From the NCBI GenBank assembly GCA_002269645.1, contig NIVC01004301.1, positions 1 through 51,282 of the forward strand: 51,282 bases of DNA. Direction: 5' to 3'. A program made the position numbers and the translations under genes. Positions 23,655-31,455 of this stretch are shown here, piece by piece. Within the stretch, counting starts at the first letter, position 1. Each line of letters begins with the position of its first letter. The notes below the pieces were generated by a model that saw only the letters and a list, made by a program, of their open reading frames with translations, did no database searches and was not told the origin of the DNA. The DNA is from Macrostomum lignano. Taxonomy: Eukaryota.

Positions 23655-23808
23655 GGGTCGCCATCATAAACCCGAAATATCACAAACCCGAAAAATCACA
23701 ACTCCGAAAAAGAAAATAGTGTTGGACATTGCTAGAACTTTCAGAGTAATGATATTTCGGAGTTGTGATTTTTCGGGTTTGGAATATTTCGGGTTTATGA
23801 TGCCCCCC
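23655..23808. mobile_element. Small foldback MITE (~154 bp) with ~50-bp TIRs built of CCCGAAA submotifs; possibly Mutator-like
   Basis: CATCATAAACCCGAAATATCACAAACCCGAAAAATCACAACTCCGAAA and its near-perfect inverse; TSD (C)AAATTATT at 23646-23654 and 23808-23816. Confidence 0.85.
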
Positions 23809-25219
23809 AAATTATTTACAAGATAAGGCGCATGTGAACGCGTGGTGTGGCAGAAGGACATCATTAAGCGAGAATGAGACTGACTCAGAGTGCTTGGGAG
23901 AGGCAGATAAGATGCAGTCTAAGAATAAATCGATAATAGACTGTCTTTAAATGTACTACAAGCGTACATGCCATCTATATCAGTGTACGATCTAATAGCC
24001 TGCAAAGGAATGTGTTGCGCAAATTTTACGAGTAACACGAGCTACACCTAGTCTTTTCAGATATATGGAATATATTTCTTGTCCAAGTTCTACGTTTTGG
24101 AAAAAACCTTCACTCGCTGGCCAAAGTAACGATAAATCAAGTGTTTTTTACGTTTCTATCGACGAGTATGTTGAGCTGAGCTGCCAGAACATACAGAATA
24201 TTCTGCTGATATTCTGCAGAAGACGTGGAGTTAGGCGGGTCTACCGCATCATTAAATGTCTCGGCAAAAATACTTATCAGCTGGCTGGGTTCTCAAATTT
24301 GAAAACGGAAAGCATCTCAATCAAAGCATCGGAAGAAGGCTGTGATTCATCACGCTTCATTCAGCGGATCGCCAGTTTTTGTTTTATCGAATTAGATTGG
24401 TGAATCGAGTAACAAACTGCTTTTCGGTTGACCTTTAACTTTAACAGCTAATAGCTTTAATTTAGTTCCTTGAAGTTTCTGAAACACGAAGTTGTTATTT
24501 AAATATAAACAGTTAAATAAGCATGACGCAGATGTTTACCAATTGAAAAAGTAGCAAAAAGTAATTTTCTACTTTGCATAAAGTGATATGGAAATTTTGC
24601 TATTTCTAGCCCCGGATATCAGTAGCCGGATGTCATAAAGCAATTACCTCTATCTCTGCAGACTGACCCCGCTCTTTTAACCTACAGTCGGATGTCCCAA
24701 GACAACTTCCCCTTCTTGTGATCTGCGGGTCGGATAGCAGAGTCAGTGTCGTAGGATGTCCGGGAGAGACATCTCAAAGTGCCCGGACATTGCAAATAAG
24801 CTCAACATATCCGGGAAAGAGAAAACAAAGCAGCTGTTTCTTGCTTGGCAGTATCCGGGTGGATATCGTAGTGTGTTCGGATATCCGGGCCAGACAAAAA
24901 ACCTGGATAGTCTAAAGTGTAACAGTTCCTATTCCAGTGTCAGTTGTGCTTCCTATTCCACATCTGAGAATTGCGTTTCATAGTTTCTTCTTTTACTTAA
25001 CCTTAGACTTTAGTGCTCAAGGTCGATAACGAGCGAGTCACTGCACCAGGCGTCAAAATAAAAAAAAAACAGTATTTTTACGCATTGTAGATCGATTCGA
25101 GGAGATATTCCAGCATATTAAGGATTAAAAATAATTGGTAGTTTGATTATTTATCAGAGTAAATCAGAGTTTCAAATATTAATCATAATCCACAGATGAA
25201 GCCTCGCAAATGACAGAAC

Positions 25220-26248
25220 TCAGGCTCTCAGGTGGAACAGCTGGTTGATGTCATCCTCAGTCAGGTACTTGTTAGCCATGGCCACCGTCTTCACTGTGCC
25301 GGCCAGCTTTCAAAATTTGTTGTTGAGATTTCGCCAGCCAATTTTGATGCAGGAGTCGAAAATTCGAGGTTTGTTTCTGCCATAGACAGTCACCTCACCG
25401 TCGGACAGGAAGGCGCCGTTGAAGTATAGCTTAGACTTGCTCATCACGTCTGAGATGTCGAAGGCGGCACCGACTCGAACGAATTGCTGTCTGTCCGATG
25501 GCAGAATCTGATCTCTGGACATGAGGCTGCGGTGTCCGTTCTGGATGTACAGCCGCTTGGTGTCCGCGGGGCTGCTGTCATCCCACTCCCACATGTGCAG
25601 CCAGTACTCTGTAAAGCTGCTGCAATCGGTCAACTCGATGAAGGCGTTCACTTTAGGCGTCCTGCTCACCTCCATGAGCCAGGTGAAGCTGCTGTTGAAG
25701 TCGAGGCCCCGCGTGTCCGTCACCCACATCCGCGATGTCGCGCCGTTCATCCTGGCACCGTCGCTGGTCCAGGCGATCCCGTCGTGCTTTACGGAGTTCC
25801 TTTGGCCGCGGGCGTCGCAGACGAGATTTTCCAGCCGCGGCCCGCGGTTGCCGACCCACACGGCGGCGAAGTGCCGGTTGGCGACGAGGGCGTCCAGCTC
25901 GGAGTCCACGAACAGCTCGCAGTCGGCCGGGCCCAGCGCGGGGTCGTCGGGCGGGCTGCTCAGGCTGAGCAGGTGGCAGACTCGGCTGAACAGGAACAGC
26001 GAGCAGGCGGAGCTGCGCCGGTGCCGCTGCACCACCCCGACGCCCGACAGCGGCTGCCAGCGGGCCCGGATGACGCACTCGAGCGGGGAGGCTGCGGGGG
26101 CGGGCAGGGCCCAGGCGGCCAGGGACCGGCTGAGGCAGGGCCGCCAAAAGGCGGGCAGGTAGGCGGCGGAGGCGGCTGGCGGCAGGACGACAAAGGAGAG
26201 CAGAAGGCAGGCCAGCAGCGGAGCTGCAAAGTCTTTAGCGAGCGACAT
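25220..26248 (-). CDS. Secreted PAN-like plus LamG/ConA-like (pentraxin-fold) protein with an internal TGA at 25310-25312; possible pseudogene
   Basis: Signal peptide MSLAKDFAAPLLACLLLSFVVLPPAASA; LamG-like FNSSFTWLMEV...FVRVGAAFD...KLYFNG...IKIG; the frame continues past the TGA as KLAGTVKTVAMANKYLTEDDINQLFHLRA* (stop at 25220-25222). Confidence 0.7.
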
Positions 26249-26374
26249 GTCGATCTGCTGCTTCCAGGAGAAATTGTTGCAGAACTTGAAGAAAATTGAT
26301 ATTTTAGTGCTGCGATTGTTTGAGTCAATTGAGTTAATAATAATCAGATTTCAACTGCGACACATTGAAAATCC

Positions 26375-26600
26375 TAAAAGCTGCTATAAAAACCAAATTT
26401 GAGACTGACAGTCTGTAGAGGTGCGAGAAAAATGTAGCTGTCATTTTTAAGAAAATATCTATTTCTTGCTGAGTGCTGAGAGATAATACAGAATGAGCTG
26501 CCACTCTACTCAATTGAGGCCGTCTCACGAAGTTGGAACTCGCATACGAAGCGATTGACAACGTGAAAAAATAGTTAAAAAATAAAAAAAAACGTAAAAA
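26375..26600. repeat. Dispersed repeat, copy 2 of 3
   Basis: Same core as the 23350 and 29780 copies. Confidence 0.8.
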
Positions 26601-26695
26601 ATAAAAAACTCGAGTTGTTGTGCCCTGCTTTGTTATATGATTTAGAACACATATTTTGTTCGCAGTGCAACTTGTTCTTTGTATTTTCATTCTGA

Positions 26696-28894
26696 TGTAA
26701 CCGCCCTTGTCGCCTGTCCGCTCCGTAGAGAGACGAACGCATGACTAGAGGGGGCAATAACCGTAGGCTGCCTATGACCGGGCAATGACCTGACGGACCT
26801 CCAGCACCAGACTGTCCCGCCCACATGATTGATAGCTTTGGTAGCGCTTTGTGACCAGAGGGCCAAGGACCCACATGGACCCCACCTGTAGCCAAGGTGC
26901 AATAGTTGGTCACTCGGTCATAGTATGACCGAGTGGCTGCCACCACTCTATGTGACCTGGCGCACCTGGATCTTTCTACCAGACCTCTCGAGGCTAGAGC
27001 CCCGCCTGGGATGGTTACCAGGAGATTTAGGCTAACAGGGGAGACACATGCAGCCGAGTACAGGGACTCTGCTTGGGGCATGATCGGGAACTCTGGGCTC
27101 AATCTGGAGGATTTTCAGCAGGGGATCCTTTGTGGCTGTGGGCGAGGCTGACTTGCGACTTTGATTACTAAGAGTAGTATGAGGCGAACATGTACTGTCT
27201 CTAGTTTAGATTGCTCAGGGCGAAGGGACGCGTCAGCATGGGGTTGCAACCTTCCTACTGCCATTCTGTGCCAAGACTCGCTAATCCCCTCTACTGCACG
27301 CACACACGGCCCCGCAGCACGCACTCACAGGCGAGCTTTGCACGGGGAGAGGCCATTAGCTTACCCAAACTCCCTTATGCTTTGCCACCCCGGGAGAAAG
27401 GCTTAGCAAGCCATGAGTGAAATGATGGTGAAAGAGTGAATAATGATGAAGTTAGTTAATAGTTAATAATTAGGCCCTTAGGCAAATAATCAGGCAATTA
27501 GGCGGCTTCACTATTGAGTAAAAAAACAGCAAAAGGTATGGTATCACAACTGGCTCAGCTCTCTAATCAGACAATGGAAAAATAGGCAAACTCCGGATAA
27601 GCAAAGGCAATTAGAGCACAAATCAGTAACAGGAACTTACCGGCAGCTGCACAGAGAGAGAGAGAGGGCGGCTGTAGGCTGCAGTCAGGCGGACAGTGAA
27701 GCGGCGATGCGCTGAAGCGACGAGGCGCTGGTGTAGATCAGGCGAAGCTGATGATGCTGGGCGGTGTCAGACCGCTGGCCGATAGGCGAGCTCACTTAAT
27801 GGGGAGCTGAAGATAACTTGGCGGTAACAGACCGCGGACCGGCAGGGATTCGTCTTATAGACGAATGGGTCAGAACTCAGTCTGACGGCAAGTCTAAATA
27901 AAGACTAGGAGCCCGAAGGTGGGCAAAAGTTGAGTCTTCTCACGCCGAAAACCGCCTCCTTTTATAGCCTTCCCAGCCGCCGCTCCAAGGTCGTTTCCAT
28001 GACTCCCTCTCTCTGATTGGCTGCCGGCCGAATGACGTCAGAATGAGTCATGATGAGAAGCATGAGACCGGCCTAGCAACATGAGAAAAAAGGAAATTGC
28101 GCAATCCGGAGGTGGGGTGGGGGGATAATTGGCGCAGCGGGTGGTCGCGAAAGTGTTGCGCAAGCAAACATTGAGAACAATAGGGCTGGGGTCGAGAACA
28201 AAGGAATTGGAAATCGGGGATAATTGGGGAGAATCGGGAACAATGGAAAAGTAAACATTGGAGAAAAGGTGATAATTAGGTGCGAAAACGAGAACAAAAG
28301 AAAGAGAAAATCGGAGAAAATGTGATAATTGGTGGGGGTAAAGAGAACAAAAGAATCGAAAACGAGAACAATAGAAGCGGAGGTGGGGTGGGTGTCGCAT
28401 GAGAAATTTGGGGAGGAGAACAATGGCATGAGAAAAGGTTGCGCAAGAGAGGGGGATGAGTCATCGATGAGTCATCGAGGGGAAGAAGGGGTCACACGAC
28501 TTGCGTCACCGTTTGGGAGTTTGAGAAGGGATGGGAGGTCGGTGAGCACACAAAATACTGTAAGTAGACGCAGGGAAAGGGGCGACAGCGCAAGAAAATA
28601 GTGCAGAGAAAGACAAAAAGAGGGGGGGTAGGGAAAGTACAAGAAGAATAGGGTGGGGTGCAGGGGAGATAAGGTAGAGGGGAGGGTACAGAGAGGGACA
28701 GGGTGCTCCGGAAAGGCAGGTGTGGCGGCAGGGGAGACGGAGCCAAGGCAGCAGGAGGGTGCAGCAGAGCGGGAGTCTCCAGGCCTGGTCGGAGACCGGC
28801 CGAGTCTCGACAGCCCTGTGCAGGGGGGTACACGGGATAGGAGGCACTTTCGAAAAAGTCCCATGCCCTATCCCGTGACCAGAGCGTGGTTACA
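26696..28894 (-). mobile_element. LTR-like element (probable solo LTR, ~2.2 kb) with TGTAACC...GGTTACA termini and an internal promoter on the minus strand
   Basis: 7-bp terminal inverted repeat beginning TG and ending CA; CCAAT at 28020-28016, TATAAAAG at 27966-27959; purine-rich repeated U3-like block; no coding domain; no TSD found. Confidence 0.55.
27959..28474 (-). promoter_or_regulatory. TATA and CCAAT core promoter with clustered bZIP sites
   Basis: CRE TGACGTCA at 28033-28040; AP-1 TGAGTCA at 28044-28050, 28457-28463 and 28468-28474; C/EBP ATTGCGCAAT at 28096-28105. Confidence 0.6.
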
Positions 28895-29168
28895 TCAATT
28901 CTCTGAATAAAAAGTAACAGAAAATCGTGTTTTATTTCATAGTTGTTGCAAAAAAGATGGTACTTTGGTATTTGTTATGTTGGTAATGCTTTATTCAACC
29001 AATTTTGAAGTTTGACAACCAATGTTGCGTTGCAGCGCCCTTTAAAATTGGCATTTATGCAATAATTTTTTTTCGTCCTCTAGAAAAGTTTGTTTATCGA
29101 GTTAACTACACACGTACTTTATCGAGTTTTAATTAGAAGATTATTTCCTATGTCACGTTTTTTCCATA

Positions 29169-29735
29169 TTACGCAAAGGGATCCACGCACTCGCAAAGGG
29201 CCATAGAAATAGCCGCATTGCTCTCTGCAGTGAAATCATCCAATCCGGAGCTGTGGCCGTACGAGACACTGGCGTGATAAGCTTCATCGCCAGCATTCGG
29301 CTGTCCAGGAGCCCAAACTTCCGATAAAAAGGTGAAGTTGCAGCGCTCCCAAATCCAGGTGCCAGTTTTGAAGCTGCCGACGCGGTAGCCGCCAATGAAA
29401 TAGCCATTGCCGGTGCTATCTTGAGTCTTCAGCCAGTGCATGCGTTCGACTTCGGCTCTGTCCAGAGCATCCGCGTACTTGGTTAGCCCGGGCTCTGAGT
29501 TGCACTTCTGAGATCCTTGTGTCCAATTGTAGCCGTATTTGTAGCTGCTGGGCCACAGCTGCCCGTTCGGCAGGTTTTCCATGCGGCGAACGAAGGCCGA
29601 ACCGAAGGTGCTGCAGTTCACCTTGTTGGGCACGTGGCTGCAGGTGTCGAACACGAACATCTGGCAGCCGAAGCCGCTGTCGGACGGCTGACGGAAGCCG
29701 CGGCAGGACGCGCCCTGCTCGACACAGGCGAAGGC
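29169..29735 (-). pseudogene. 5'-truncated paralog (copy 2) of the PAN+CTLD gene, with a 33-nt deletion removing LGLIYKFYSVS
   Basis: Near-identical to copy 1 from AFACVEQG to WIWERCN; no signal peptide or start codon; homology stops abruptly at ~29735. Confidence 0.8.
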
Positions 29736-29779
29736 TGTTATAATCCACAAATTAGTGTTTAAACTGTAGTTTTCAAATA

Positions 29780-30050
29780 TTTGCTATAAAAACTGCGAGC
29801 GTATATTTCAAGACTGACAGCTTGTAGAGATACAAAAAATCGTAGCTGTCATTTTTAAATGTTTTTGTCTTTTTCGCTGAGAGCTGAAGTAATAAAGTAT
29901 GAGCTGTCACTCTACTCAATTGAGACCGCCTCCTGAAGTAGGAACTCTCATAGAAAATGTTTGATAATGTGAAAAATAGTCGACAAATACTCTCGAATCA
30001 CCTTTTCCACTGACACCAAAGTGGGTGCCACTCAAAATTTTCTGTAAATT
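29780..30050. repeat. Dispersed repeat, copy 3 of 3
   Basis: Same core as the other two copies. Confidence 0.8.
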
Positions 30051-30171
30051 TCTTGAAGCCTTCCGTCAATAAAGGAAAGATTGCATACTTTTAGTTCTGC
30101 AGTCACCAGTTCCAGCATGGTTTCAACTGCCTCCGTGACACAACCTTTTGTGTAGATTTTCTGCCTAATTT

Positions 30172-31222
30172 CAGTGTCAGTTGTGGCTCTCCGATTCCAG
30201 TGTCAGTTGTGGCTCCCCGATTCCAGTATCAGTTGTGGCTCCCCGATTCCAGTGTCAGTTGTGGCTCCCCGATTCCAGTATCAGTTGTGGCTCCCCGATT
30301 CCAGTGTCAGTTGTGGCTCCCCGATTCCAGTATCAGTTGTGGCTCCCCGATTCCAATGTCAGTTGTGGCTCCCCGATTCCAGTATCAGTTGTGGCTCCCC
30401 GATTCCAGTATCAGTTGTGGCTCTCCGATTCCAGTGTCAGTTGTGGCTCCCCGATTCCAGTATCAGTTGTGGCTCCCCGATTCCAGTGTCAGTTGTGGCT
30501 CCCCGATTCCAGTATCAGTTGTGGCTCCCCGATTCCAGTGTCAGTTGTGGCTCCCCGATTCCAGTATCAGTTGTGGCTCCCCGATTCCAGTATCAGTTGT
30601 GGCTCCCCGATTCCAGTGTCAGTTGTGGCTCCCCGATTCCAGTGTCAGTTGTGACTCCCCGATTCCTGTGTCAGTTGTGGCTCTCCGATTTCCAGTGTCA
30701 GTCGTGGCTCTCCGATTTCCAGTGTCAGTTGTGGCTCTCCGATTTCCAGTGTCAGTTGTGGCTCCCCGATTCCAGTATCAGTTGTGGCTCTCCGATTTCC
30801 AGTGTCAGTTGTGGCTCTCCGATTTCCAGTGTCAGTCGTGGCTCTCCGATTTCCAGTGTCAGTTGTGGCTCCCCGATTCCAGTATCAGTTGTGGCTCTCC
30901 GATTTCCAGTGTCAGTTGTGGCTCTCCGATTTCCAGTGTCAGTTGTGGCTCTCCGATTTCCAGTGTCAGTTGTGGCTCTCCGATTTCCAGTGTCAGTTGT
31001 GGCTCTCCGATTTCCAGTGTCAGTTGTGGCTCTCCGATTTCCAGTGTCAGTTGTGGCTCTCCGATTTCCAGTGTCAGTTGTGGCTCTCCGATTTCCAGTG
31101 TCAGTTGTGGCTCCCCGATTCCAGTATCAGTTGTGGCTCTCCGATTTCCAGTGTCAGTTGTGGCTCCTCAATTTCACTGTCAGGTGGTCCCCACTTCCAG
31201 TGTCAGTTTGTCCCCTGATTTC
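30172..31222. repeat. Minisatellite switching from a 26-bp unit (CAGTGTCAGTTGTGGCTCCCCGATTC) to a 27-bp unit (…CTCTCCGATTTC)
   Basis: Direct; the ORF periodicity changes from 26 aa to 9 aa. Confidence 0.96.
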
Positions 31223-31455
31223 AGTGTCAGTTGGTCCCCCGAATGACATAATATCTATAGTACAAGCGGTACATCTGCGTCTCTGGATGGTACTTGACAC
31301 TTGTACTTTGCTGCATGTACATTTCCCAGCCTGCCATAGACAATAAATATACTCATTAAAACCTTTCTGATAGCTACAGAACAAAGCTAAAATGCTAATT
31401 TAGATTGTGTACTTATTTATTTCATATCTCAACTTAAAGCAAAAAAACTTGAAAC

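Noticed and set aside
24606-24894. Possible MITE with CCGGATATC / GATATCCGG ends and internal CCGGA repeats
   Set aside because: The inverted ends are short and degenerate, and no TSD was found
25310-25312. Internal TGA as selenocysteine
   Set aside because: The position is not a redox or Cys-equivalent site in a LamG-like fold, and I saw no SECIS-like hairpin in the AT-rich 3' flank
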